Source: Girardia tigrina | Lineage: Eukaryota | Assembly (NCBI GenBank): GCA_001938485.1 | Contig: MQRK01233770.1 | Span: 1-64,000, forward strand | Length of the DNA stretch: 64,000 nucleotides | Direction of reading: 5' to 3' | Shown here: positions 10,383 through 23,222 of the stretch, piece after piece | Layout of the letters: each line of letters starts with the position of its first letter | Numbering within the stretch: position 1 is the first letter of the stretch | Position numbers and translations under genes: made by a program | Notes under the pieces: generated by a model | Told to the model about the DNA's origin: nothing | Seen by the model: only the letters and a program-made list of their open reading frames with translations | Database searches by the model: none

Positions 10383-12501
10383 TTGATCGCGAACATGGAC
10401 CGATTTATTAAAAAGCGTAAATTGGAAGACGCCGTAACATCCGACGATACTAAGTTTCCGGAGCCGAACACTACATCCACTCAACTGCAGTTGCCGAAAA
10501 ATGACGCTGGCAATCCGCGGGTCAAAGTCCGCCAGTACTATGATAACTATATAGCTCTGGGGTTCACTTGGATGGGTGACCCAGACTGTCCTTTACCACT
10601 GTTTGTTGTTTGTGGAGTAAAACTTGCCAATAGTGCCATGGTGCCAGCTAAACTTAAGCGGCACTTTACAAGTAGACATCCGGAGGTACCGAAAAAAACG
10701 AACAGTACTTCCAGAGAACATTATCGTTGAATAAGAAGCAAATGGCTACGTTTGAGAAAAGATTTAAGATAAATGACAAAGCTCAAGAAGCAAGTTATGC
10801 TGTAACGGAGATGGTTGCTAAAAAAATTAAGTCGCATACCGTCGCTGAAAGGGTAATTTTACCTGCATTCCAAGAAATTGTGAGGATTATGTTTGGAGAG
10901 GATACCGTATCAGAAATCAATAAGATTCCGCTTTCATATAACATCATAAGTGCAGACATGTCCAGCGACATTGAGCGCAATGTTCTCTCAAAAATTAAAA
11001 GCCGAGAGTTTGTTGCAATCCAGATATACGAGAGCACAGACATTAGTGGCAAAGCACAGCTGATTGCGTTTGTTCGCTTTATTGACAAATAAGCTATCAT
11101 AGAAGACTTTCTTTGCTACAAGGAATTGCCGGAAACAACAAATGGACAAGATATTTATGATATCTTAAATTCGTATTTGCAATCTTGCGAATTGACTTGG
11201 GAAAACTGTGTAGACATTTGTACAGATGGTGCACCTACTATGACAGGAAATGTCAAAGGCTTTGCTTCACTGGCCTAACGACAAAGTCCCAATATTATAG
11301 TCATTCATTGTTTTCTTCATAGAGAAGCATGGGTTGCTAAAACAATTGGACCTGAGTTGAAGTCTGTATTGGACATGGTGGTGAAAATAGTAAATTACAT
11401 GAAGACGAGACCATTGAAATGTCGTCAGTTTGCGAAATTATGCGAAACTATGGAAGCTTACCACGTTACTTTTATTCAGTATACAGACGTACGATGGTTG
11501 TCTCGAGGGAATGTTTTGTGTCGTTTCTACGAACTTAGAGAAGGGATGCTAATCTTCTGTTCTCAAGGGTACATGACGGACTTTGCAGAAGCTTTGAGTG
11601 ATAAATTATGATGTTTCAGGTTAACATATTTGGTTGACATCTTTCACGAATTAAACTTATTGAACAGTAGCATGCAAGGTAGGAATGAAAATATATTGAC
11701 GTCAGCAGACAAAATAAGTGCTTTTTCAGAAGAAAAATAACTATATGGAAGAAACGTGCTACTACAGGGAATGTAGTAATGTTTCTCAGTATCGTTGAAA
11801 GAAACTGTCAGGACAGTCTGCCATTGATTTTAAATCACTTGGACATACTATTGGCAGGTCTCAATTAATATTTTCCGTCCATATCCTTAAACCGGTACGA
11901 CTTGGTTCGAAACCCATTCATTGAATTTGAACCATCCGAAGAACAGTTCACCTTATCAGAAGAGGTACAACTCGCTGGCTAAACTTGGATGCCTTATTGA
12001 TGCTGGTTGAAAAGAAGTATACATCAATTGCTCAGAAAGCCCTGTGATTGTTGGTTCAATTTTAAACTTCTTACTTATGTGAGTTAGGATTTTCGTGTTT
12101 GACCACAATTAAATACAAGAAGCGAGAAAGATTACTTTCAGTCGAAGAGGAACTTCGGGTGTGTCTGTCTAAAACGCGGCCTAGAATTCAACTTATCTGC
12201 AGAAATCATCAAGCACAAATTTCACACTGAATTGTTGACTACTACCTATGTATATGTAACTATAATTAATGTTTACATTCCTTGATATTTGTGGATTTTT
12301 ATGCAACTTTTAATAAGTTGTTGTTGGTGACGCTTATAATGAATAATTAAAATGTGACATAAATTTTAGAAATACTACAATTAAACATAAAAGCTGCATT
12401 TTCACCGATGAGGTTTATTATGTGACATAGAATAATGGTTCTGCGACCAAGGTAGTCATTTGGTTAGGGTTCCGCTTTACCGAAAAGGTTGAAAAACACT
12501 G
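10383..12501 (+). mobile_element. hAT Buster/Charlie transposon with a disrupted transposase (ZBED5/SCAND3-like)
   Basis: MDRFIKKRK start, BED-finger region (P.C.VC...L.N.AM.PAKLKRH), ESTDISG, CTDGAP, HCFLHRE, VRWLSRG and LCELGFS motifs with stops and frameshifts; 3' TIR ends at 12501; 5' TIR not seen. Confidence 0.93.
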
Positions 12502-15495
12502 TCCTAAACCTCCTATGCCTTCTTTGGCTTATAGGTAATGGAAATAATAGATCGTTATTAACAAAATCAACGACTGTGATACTTTTGATCTATGTGTAAG
12601 ACCGTATGAATATTAATTTAATTCCTTAAAATGGATAATAAATTATATAATATATTTAATTAATATTTTTGTTTTAATGAATATTTCATTCAATACGTTT
12701 ATTCGCTTTACAAGAGAAAGGAATTTGTACTGTTTTATTCATTTAAAATATTTGTCTAAAATTAAGATTAATAAAACATAAAAGCCACAACTGATTCAAA
12801 TTTAACAAAAAAAGTTACAAGATTTTTTAATAATTTTATAATTATTTATATAAAATTGAAATTATATTTCATGATAATTATATTATAAAAAATTTTAAAA
12901 AGCATCTGTTCAAATGAAAATAATTTATTATTATTTTTTTGCTATATTTAATTATATTATTTGAAAATTTTACATTCAAACAAAAATTCTTTATTTTATA
13001 TATGTTAAAAATAAAATATAAAAAATGAAGAATATTAAAATTATTAAATATTGAATTTTATATTTTTAATTTTAATTAAATTTTAACCGATTTCTTTGTT
13101 GATTTATATGAAAAAATGACTTTGTCAAACAATAATAAATCCGTTCATGTGTTAATAAATTTTGATTGTTTTTTTTATTAAATTCTCTGATAGAAAGAAA
13201 CATCTGAAAAAAAAAATTTATATTAATTTTTTTTCTAAAAATTAAATGAAAAAAAATAGGAATTTACTTCAACAAAGGTTGTTTTGTTTTATTTCTAGAA
13301 ATCACTTCAAAAAGAAAAGGAATTTCATTAATTTTCATGAAAATGTAATTATTTTCAATTTTATTTGGATGAAAATTTATTTAATTTTTTATTTTAATTA
13401 AAAAAAATTCTTTTCGATTTCTTAGAAAATCAAATTTACTGCTGCCAAAGAATTGAAGAGAAAAAAGGTCTTGAACTCTGTTTTCTTTAACTTAGATTTT
13501 TGTAGGTTAAGGTTGAATAATTTTGTTATTAAGGGTTTTGTAGTACAGGGTCCTTTTACACTAAGGGTCCCCTTGTACTCTAAATAAAATTTAATTTGAC
13601 ACCAAATGATTGCTTGGGACCAGTACTGTTTCGGGAGATCTTTGATCCGCCATCACCAAACAGTTGGCCCAAGCCACTCATGTAAATAACAATAAATGCA
13701 ATTGGAGAAATTCAATAATTGTATATATAATTAATTATAACTAAAATTAAAATTAAAGAATTATATATTTATAAAAAAAAAATTAACTGTTATAAAAAAA
13801 GGAAAATTATTGCAAAAAATTNNNNNNNNNNNNNNNNNNNNNNNNNNNNNNNNNNNNNNNNNNNNNNNNNNNNNNNNNNNNNNNNNNNNNNNNNNNNNNN
13901 NNNNNNNNNNNNNNNNNNNNNNNNNNNNNNNNNNNNNNNNNNNNNNNNNNNNNNNNNNNNNNNNNNNNNNNNNNNNNNNNNNNNNNNNNNNNNNNNNNNN
14001 NNNNNNNNNNNNNNNNNNNNNNNNNNNNNNNNNNNNNNNNNNNNNNNNNNNNNNNNNNNNNNNNNNNNNNNNNNNNNNNNNNNNNNNNNNNNNNNNNNNN
14101 NNNNNNNNNNNNNNNNNNNNNNNNNNNNNNNNNNNNNNNNNNNNNNNNNNNNNNNNNNNNNNNNNNNNNNNNNNNNNNNNNNNNNNNNNNNNNNNNNNNN
14201 NNNNNNNNNNNNNNNNNNNNNNNNNNNNNNNNNNNNNNNNNNNNNNNNNNNNNNNNNNNNNNNNNNNNNNNNNNNNNNNNNNNNNNNNNNNNNNNNNNNN
14301 NNNNNNNNNNNNNNNNNNNNNNNNNNNNNNNNNNNNNNNNNNNNNNNNNNNNNNNNNNNNNNNNNNNNNNNNNNNNNNNNNNNNNNNNNNNNNNNNNNNN
14401 NNNNNNNNNNNNNNNNNNNNNNNNNNNNNNNNNNNNNNNNNNNNNNNNNNNNNNNNNNNNNNNNNNNNNNNNNNNNNNNNATACGGTCCTCTTAAGGACC
14501 ACAATTGACGATTGGGAACTCGAATTTTGGACCGCATCCTCATGGGCCCGGATGCTGGTGATTAACCAAAGTAATTTTCTAGTAAATAATTTTCCAGCAA
14601 TATTAAATAAACTAATTATGTTACTGCATAACAGAACCATCTCGATGTGGGCTATGCAGATTGATCTCAACTTTGCACGGATTCCCTCCCTGTTCCTCTA
14701 CTATTTCGCATTTTATCAGCATATATATGATCATAGTAAAATTTGAGCTTGACCGAAAAAGCATTATTCCGATTATAACAAAATTTTGCAAATTTATACT
14801 TAATTGATTTTTAGAAATATAATTAATAAATAAGTTACGGAAATCGTCATTTATGGATTGAATGTTATTAGTATTTTTAAAACTTTCTCACGAAATTCAT
14901 TGTAGGAATTGTCAAAATCGTCACAATTCGAAATTTTTTTTAACAACTTAACGACCTGCACGGTTTTCGGTCGAATTTTTCGGCTTCCCAGCGTCTTTCT
15001 CCAAAGGCACTGTACCGCTAGAACCGTTTCGATGTGGGCTATCTAGAATGGCCACGCCTTGAGTGGATTCATTCCAGTTCCTCCAAAATTTTACATTTCA
15101 TAGCGTGACCCACAAACAAACAAATTAACATCGTTTTTAGACAAATATACTACATAATTTGTTTTTATTCCAGTTATTGACATAAAAATAGTTCACAGAT
15201 AGACTTACATAGATCAATCTATTAGCTCGTTTTTACTGGTTCTTTGACAACTTAATTGACTTTAAGCAATTTAAATTAAATAAAAATACTGTTTCTTTTG
15301 TATTTTATCGATTTCACGTGATTTGAAATATAAGGGAATAACTGCATCCTCAAGAATTTGTAGCTTTTTCTATGGATCATCTTTCTGATGACATCCTTAC
15401 TTCGTAACTTTCCATAAACTTGAAGAACATTATCAAGAATTTCAATTAATACTTCTATTGTTTCATAGCCTTTAGTAGATGAAGATCCCACTCAT

Positions 15496-15944
15496 TATTA
15501 ACAACATCACAATTTGAATGCAAAAATTTATTTACAACACAAACAGATTCTTCACAACAATTTTCAGAGGTCATCTTTCTTTGATTGATATAGTTTTTGA
15601 TTAAATATTCAAATATGAAAAAATCAATGAATGGGAAATTTTAATATTACATTTTAATTTCTCATAATTTTATTTGATAAAAAGACATTATGTAATTTTT
15701 TAAATAAACATTGATTTTTAAAATATATTAAATTTAATAAGTTAAAATCATTTACTGAAAATATTAATAAAATTTATAATTATCAAACTTTAATTAATTA
15801 GTACTTTAATTTAATATCATTAAATTAATTTCATTAGATTCAAATAATTAATCAATAACATATCAATCCCATCTGAGTAGGAGAGTCACCAATCTAAACA
15901 GCATACAAACAACAAACTTACAACATTCCAAATTATCCCTCACA
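15496..15944. mobile_element. Solo LTR-like element, family 2 (5-bp TSD)
   Basis: Reverse strand reads TGTGAGGG...TGTTAATA; TSD CTCAT at 15491-15495 and 15945-15949; shares the CCATCTG..TAGGAGAG..C.CAATC...CATACAA motif with the element at 26251-26831. Confidence 0.65.
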
Positions 15945-16522
15945 CTCATTATTATGTTAATTTAGAGATTTGACATTTATCATGTTACCCTTTCAATTAT
16001 CCTCATCAAAACTTTGTAACACCATCAGAATTTTGTTTATCAAAACGTGTAGATATTTCTTTTCTGGAAGTTTTTTTATTTTCTTTATTCGATAATAATA
16101 ATTGATTCTCCATGTTCATAATGAAAGCAAAATAAATTTATAAATACTTTTTCATTAAATATTAAAAATTTGCGAATTTTTTGCAATATTAAAACATTGA
16201 TAACGAAAGAGATAACATTTAAAGTGGTGATGGTCTTAGTATGGCTTCCAACATTTCTATTATTATCACAATTCTAATTGCATTTAGGATAACTCTTAAC
16301 AAACTTTTGATAAGATTTTTTAATGAATTGTTTTAAAATTAAAACAAAGATTTCCATTTTATACAATTAAATTAATTTTATGGTTTCATGATTATTTTAT
16401 TCATTTTTTAAAAAAAAATAATATATTAATAGACAGAGTAATTAAAAAAGAATGCAAGAAAGTCATTGCATTATATTTAAAAAACAATGGCTACTTGTGG
16501 AACACAAATGTTGTATTTAACT

Positions 16523-17050
16523 TTAAATCTTTATCATGCTTAACAAGTGTTCAATATGATCATCATTGGAAGCGCGGACAACAAAGCGATATGAAAATTC
16601 CTTCCAAACGCGCTTCAGAATGTCCCTGACCACTTTTGATTGCAGTTGTTAATCGATCATCTTTCATGACATTGAAATTTTCTGGTAATGGTGGAATAAG
16701 AACTTTGTCTTTAACATAATCCAACAGGAAAAGGTCAAACACAGTAAATTATCTAACCCACTATCGGATGCTTGCACGGTGGGGTAGATCGATGCCATAT
16801 TCTGTTTTAAGCAATAGTACTTTTTTGCAAAGTCAAGCATACAAGCGCTTTTCGTTGAGGATTCATCATTCTGATGGTAAATAAACAAGGACCCTCTTAA
16901 TCCAGTATAAATCCAGTATCAAAATGACCATTAATTCAGTTAATTGCAATGCTTTCTTATTGAATAAATGAGAGATGATTTTGGTCCATTCTTGTATTGT
17001 ATGGCAAAAAAGATTATACTGAAAAAATGATCTTCATTATAAAACTTTCT
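16523..17050 (-). mobile_element. Tc1/mariner-superfamily transposase remnant (DUF4817-type C-terminus)
   Basis: Frameshifted translation gives DYVKDKVLIPPLPEN...LKRVWKEFSYRF...HIEHLL, typical of this transposase group. Confidence 0.7.
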
Positions 17051-17407
17051 TGATCGAAATAATAACTTCATCCAATATTTTACATAAAAATTTATTTCAA
17101 TGATTTTTTTACAAACTTTTATTTAATTGGTTTTAAAAATTTAATTTAAACTTTTAACTTTAACAAAATTTATAATTTAATTCTTATAATTTTAAAATTT
17201 TTACATATCTAATGTAGCAATTTAAAGTGTAAATCATGCTCAAACAATTACTCATCACGAACATCACAAATACTAATTTTCCATCCGCATTTCCAAATAA
17301 CAAATTCAACATACCAAATTTATAATATTCCCCACAATAATCATTATTAAAGTTTATTTAGTAAAATTATTTGAAAACTTTTATTATTAATTTATTTTGT
17401 AAGGATA

Positions 17408-18651
17408 TTAGGGTGAACCAAAGGTCTTTTCGTATTTTTTATTAAAAATTTAAACATAATTTTACAACAAATAAAAAACATTTAAGTTTCAAAGTAAAGG
17501 CCATTTGAATCTATAGCTTGAACTCATCTATGGGCAAGTTGTGCGATCCCGCTGCGGTACCAATCCTTGTTCTTATAAGCGAAGAACTGGTGACACCCGT
17601 TTTCGACCTCGGCCAGATTATTGAAGCTGCGACCACGAAGAAAGTGTGACATAGAGCGGAAAAGGTGATAGTCGAATGGCGCAAGATCCGGACTATACGC
17701 TGGGTGTGGAAGAAGTTCAAAGGCGTCGAGATTTTTGATTTTTTTCTGTTGTAGAAGAACTCGCTTTCGATTGATCAAAGCGGGGTATTTCTCGCCAAGT
17801 GCGCATACATTCGATCAAGTTGGGCGCAGTAAAGGTCAGCGTCGGTGGTACGACCATTTGGAACCAGCTCAAAGTGAATCACGCCTCCGAAATTCCACCA
17901 AACACACAAAAGTGCCTTCCTTGAGAAACGATCTCGTTTCGCTACCGGTTTCACCATTTGTCCGGGGTCCAACCATTGATTTTGTTGGTCTGGATTACAG
18001 AAGTAAACCCACTTTTCATCGCAAGTTACAATTTGACGGTTGAAACGATCATCGCGCGGATTTTCAAGCAATTTTTGACAAGTTTCGAAACGCTTTTTGG
18101 CTTGAATTTGTGTCAATTCATGAGGCACTTCTCTACATCGTCTATTGACCTTGCCAAGAGCGTGAAGGTGTCGTACAATGGATGTTTGAAGAATATCGAG
18201 TTCAGCCGACAATCTGCAAGTACTTATTGACGAATTTGTCTCGACGGCTTCACGAATTGCTCCGGAATCTACGGTGATAGGTCGGCCTGAACATGCATTG
18301 TCTCCGAGGTCAATGTCGCCTTCGTTGAACCTTTTGAACCAATTTTGTGCAGTACGATTTGAGACCACATTATCGCCTTCAACTTCGCATATCTTCTTTG
18401 TTGCTGCAGTTGCGTTTAAGCCCTCTTTTCAGTAATGGCGTAAAAGAACAGGAATTTCAAAAGTTTTCTAAAAGACCATAAAAATTATATTAACGACTAA
18501 TTAGAAGTTTTAATATATATTAGATGTGATAGAGCAGTTCAAGAGCTTTAAAAACATATAACACATGTATATAAAATATCTTTATTTGGTAATAAGAAAC
18601 AATTGAACAAAAAGACGTAGAAAATACGAAAATACTTTTGGTTCACCCTAA
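17408..18651 (-). mobile_element. Full-length mariner element with a disrupted DD34D transposase
   Basis: TIRs TTAGGGTGAACCAAAGGTCTTTTCGTATTTT / AAAATACGAAAATACTTTTGGTTCACCCTAA, TA TSDs, 1244 bp; motifs VPHELT, TCDEKW and YSPDLAPFDY; frameshifts. Confidence 0.95.
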
Positions 18652-18961
18652 TATTTTTGAGATAAATATTGATAAGTTTTTTTAAGCAATTAATTTTAAT
18701 ATAGGAATAATAATAATAAAGTAATAATAATCATCAAAATCATTTTTAAATTAAAAGATTTCATTTATGTTTTAATAAACGGACATGAAATAATTATTCC
18801 CTAATGGGTTTTCCCAATTTTATTTCTTTAATCAGTTTTAATAACATTTTCTAAATATTATACTTATATTTTTGTCGAAATTTCTTTTGAAAAAACATTT
18901 AATATTTTATTATTTATAAAAATTATAGTAATAAAATATTTAATATGAATTTTATATTTAG

Positions 18962-19047
18962 GCATTAAAGCAACACTTGGGATGAAATTGAATGGCAAGA
19001 ATCTCACGAGCGGGGGTCACGAATATGGGCTTGAAATAGAATTTTGA
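18962..19047 (+). CDS. VDAC: VDAC last exon
   Basis: TTTAG acceptor ending at 18961; G(4941)+GC completes a Gly codon; GIKATLGMKLNGKNLTSGGHEYGLEIEF* matches the VDAC C-terminus GIKLTLSALLDGKN.NAGGHKLGLGLEF. Confidence 0.93.
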
Positions 19048-19135
19048 ACCGATATATATAATGATTTTCATAATTATTTTATTGAGAATTATTTTTTTAC
19101 AATTATTATGATTTTTTTTATTTAAGTTTCAATTT

Positions 19136-19141
19136 AATAAA
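19136..19141 (+). promoter_or_regulatory. Candidate polyadenylation signal of VDAC
   Basis: AATAAA about 90 nt after the stop codon; weak evidence given the AT-rich background. Confidence 0.35.
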
Positions 19142-19225
19142 TTATTACAAGCGTTTAACAATTATATATTAAATTCAATTTTTTAACAAAACTTTCTCTT
19201 TTAAAGTTTGTGCTTATTACGTTAA

Positions 19226-20940
19226 CCTTTTGAAACCCCTTTGACATTTTTAGACGGCCCGGACGTTACAGATCTTCACATGATGTTTTACTTCATATGA
19301 TCAAAATAATTAATTTCCATTTTTTTTATTTTTTATTTACATTTATTACCCGAAATTAGAAAAAAAAACTTTTACAATGACAGAAGAAATGAGACCTATA
19401 ATTGTGTTTAGAAAATAAATATTCTATAATTAATATATAAATAAAATTATTAATTATAAATTTCATATAAACGTTGACATCATACAGAAACTGTATTGAA
19501 CATTTAGATCGATGTAAAAATAATAATTGGCCAAATAAATAAATTTTTTAACCCGAGGGAATATTAAAAACAAATGTTATTTATGTAAAAATGTATGCGA
19601 TACTTCCTCTGGATTTATTCTACTAGAGAAGGGAAGCAGAAGGTAAATTACTCCTATGTAATTCTCTATCTATACAAATCCATCATTGTTATTTATCTTC
19701 TGTGGTAATGTTAATAGGTAACTGAAATGGTTTTCTTATTCTGAACTACAAACCGCCCATCATAGATTAACCAGATACATACATTTCATATGAACTCTAA
19801 AACAGAAGAGACAGACCATAGGGGTTACAATTCCAGAATACCAGAATATTCCATAAAAATTTCGGAATTTAACCCGTTGACTACCGAATATTTTTTGGAG
19901 ATATGTTAATTTTATTGAAGTTTTAGGCGTAACACAGGTAATTCAGCATGAAAAAATTTTAAGACTTAGAAATATTTATTAAGTAAGAGTTACAAAAATG
20001 AGTTTTTTGAGCTACAAACAAGAGTTTTCAATGAATATTGCAATATTATTGTATTTTACTGATTAGAATTGGTTTTTATCAGTCATCTACATCAAAATGA
20101 AGCTTAGTGTGGTAAATTCGTTACGCCTAATGGCACATTACAGTCAAGACACATGAAATAACTTCGTTGTCGAATTTGTTTCGCACTACAAAGAATACAA
20201 TTTCTTCTACTTCGTTATCTACTCTTTGGATCTTATGGAACATTGTCGGGAAAGTGATGAGCAACTGATCTCAAAGGTGTAGGAGCATTAGAAGGTCTAC
20301 CAACTCTATTTCTCTCTGAAGGACCATATCTCTGAAGTATTTCTCTAACCAAAAGCAATTTGAACTGAGCAAGCTGTAAGTCTTTAGCGTTGTACTTCAT
20401 TCTGTATGGTATATACGAATTGAATATCACCATATCCATCATATGAAAGAATAAATTTTTATACCACTTCAAAGTTTTCCTAATTGAAGCAGAGAATGAT
20501 ATCTGCATGTCAGTTTCATCAACAGGGCCCATTTTTTGCGAATATTCCATGACTAGAGTGGGCTTCATAATTTCTGTTCCGTTTGATCTATCAATTTTTC
20601 CACTGTTGAAGAAATTTGTACTTTTTACAGTCGATAACATGTAGACATCTCGTTTGTCTTTCCATTTCATTGCTAGAAGAGCTGAAGACGAAAACCATTG
20701 AACATCTCTTTTTCCAGTGCATTTTGGCAATCCTTTACGATTTTTTCTCACTGTTCCACATGCTCCAGTTTTTTTCTGATGCAATAAATTGAATAGAGTT
20801 GGATTAGAGAACGAGAGAACTGGATTAGAAAAGTTAATAGTAATATTTAGAAAAAGAACGCATTAAAAATACCTCTTCGTTCAAAAATTATAAACCGTTA
20901 ACCCATATACGGGTCTCCGGTAGTCAACGGGTTAAAAAGG
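19226..20940. mobile_element. Outer non-autonomous piggyBac-like element
   Basis: TTAA|CCTTTTGAAA at 19222-19235 and AAAGG|TTAA at 20936-20944; removing the inner element restores TTTAAAAAGG|TTAA, an imperfect TIR. Confidence 0.5.
19873..20931 (-). mobile_element. Internally deleted piggyBac element
   Basis: Perfect 14-bp TIR CCCGTTGACTACCG with TTAA TSDs (19869-19872, 20932-20935); ORF 20233-20784 has GTVRKNRKGLP, WKDKRDVYMLST and MGPVDETD...KWYK (PGBD4-like C-terminal half). Confidence 0.95.
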
Positions 20941-21088
20941 TTAATTTCGTAATTTACGAATTTCTGGCATTCCCAATTTTACATATTTCCCGGTCATCAC
21001 GATCCAAGATTTATTTTAAAAGAAAGTTTGTGTATTTTGTAAATAAAATTTTGTAAATAATAAATAATAAAAATGTGAAAACGATTAA

Positions 21089-21625
21089 CCCTTTGAGTCA
21101 TGAATTATTTTCCTTATGAAATATGTTTTTTTAGTTGGTAAAGGGTTTTTCAATAACTGATGTTTTACAATTTTTTGTATCCAGTAGTCAATAAAAAACT
21201 ATTGGATGTATCATATATGATACATTGTGACCAAGACTGTAAATGTCCCGAAATATAAAAAGCAGTGAAACGAGTTTATACATAACAACGCTTTATTTAT
21301 TATGGTATTCTGTGAAGTAGTTTCAAGATCAGTCTAATTTATATTGAGTGAGATCAAAATATCAAACGAAAAATCACTTTTTTTGCTAAAAATTCTACAA
21401 AAACACTGAACGCATATTTACTTCGACGACTGTCTCAACCATGTCTCCGCACAAATGTTATTTGTGTCACATGGTTATGATGCTTATGATGCATACCATC
21501 TATGAAAATATTCGAAAAGCTTTATAAAAATGATACACGGTGAACATTTTGGTTAAATATTTTAACTTCCATTCTACAGCACTAAGAACGCGCGTATCAC
21601 GTATGATACAGGGTGACTGAAAAGG
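21089..21625. mobile_element. piggyBac-type MITE
   Basis: TTAA|CCCTTTGAGTCA ... TGACTGAAAAGG|TTAA; palindromes GTATCA(TA/CG)TATGATAC near 21208 and 21595. Confidence 0.8.
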
Positions 21626-23222
21626 TTAAAAATTATATGATGATGAATTTTAATTCATATTACGTTCATAAATTATGTATTAAAAATTTAGCGGACAGTG
21701 ACGGGTAAAGCCGTCATGCCCATGATTCATGATGTAATAGCACGGCTATAAGTTTGTTTTAATTTTAAAAGCATGAAGTTAATGATCATAACTTTTTTAA
21801 TATTTTTGTTACATCACAAATTCGCACAAACCTGTAATAACTTGATTTGCATTAATAGAATAAAACTGATATTAATCCATAAAAAACAATAAATCACATC
21901 TCGAAGTGAACAATTTTTTTTTGAATTTGTGAATGTGTTAACTCAATGCAAACAGTAGAATTTATTTTATTCAATTTGTTTGATAAATGTCTGATCAGGT
22001 TCTATTTCTAACAAACGATAACTCTGTTGGTTCTGCATTAATAAAGTCGCTTCTCTCCGACTTTAATCTGGTTTAGACAGTAGTATTCGGTATTAGGTTC
22101 ATATGGTAAATATTGTAAAATATTCCATCGACCTCAATTTGTTGCGGTAATTACATCTTCATCTATACATAAACTTTGATAATCTTCTTCGGCTTTATTT
22201 ACATTGTTATTTTGTTTTATTTAATTTTTATAATACTAATTTTCCATTCTTTTTATTAGCTTACTTTCTATATAGGTATATAGGTATCCATGGAATTTAG
22301 AAACCTATTTTTAAAGGCTTTTACAGAATCAATTTTCTGCAAATTCTGCACAATTACCCATTTTCGATTTTTATCGAAAATTTTATTGAAAAAACTTTTT
22401 AAAGTTCAAAAATTGGAAAAAAACGAAATATTCGGAGTTTCTGAACTATATTAATTGAAAAAGATCTACTTATAAATTATAAGTAGTTTATATTAATTTT
22501 TATTGTGTTTTTTTAATTATTTTTTTTATTTAAAATTTTTTGGCAGAGTAGAGTTATGTATGCATAAAGAAGGGATATAAAAAAATTTATATTTTGATTT
22601 ATTAGTTATTTAATTAGTTTCCTAATGTATCAAAGTTCAATTTTAATTTTTAATATTTCGTTTAATTGCATTTATTTTATTTAAAGATATTTAATATTGA
22701 GGCTGCTTTACTTTTACCATTTTGTATGTTAATTATGGGCTTATAGTGTTTTATTAGCAATGATTCGCAATACAACTTATCATAATGCAAATCCAAATTC
22801 TTCTGAATAATAGAAAGTTCATCTTTGGAAATTGATGAAGTTCTATCTTTACAAATTTTCTGTGATCTAGAACCTTACTCGATCTTTTCGACTGTAAGTG
22901 AATACATATAATAGAAATTTCAGTTAAATTGTATCGATAAGATTTCAGGTTGTTTTGGATATGATGTGAAGGCTAAAATTGAGTTTATTGCATTGAGTAT
23001 GAGTAATTTCATCAGAAAGATTACCTTTTAGTTGGCTGTCAATTATTATTCTTATTGTAGTAGCCAGCTAATAATATATATATACACTTTTTTTCTTTTT
23101 AATAGGGCATTTTGATATTTGTTAAGGGCTCTATATTTAGAAATATGTATTAATGCATCTTGAAATTTTAATTTATTGTTGTAATGAAACTATCAACAAT
23201 TATTTCTATTATTAATTATCGT

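Noticed and set aside
13761-14670. Long ORFs spanning N-runs (also 28129-28887 and 49462-49806)
   Set aside because: Their length comes from assembly gaps translated as X; only the hAT N-terminus at 28129-28434 is meaningful.
14640-14670. LDVGYAD resembling an RT YADD motif
   Set aside because: Followed by a stop, no flanking RT similarity, and the same DNA motif recurs at about 15020-15045, suggesting a non-coding repeat.
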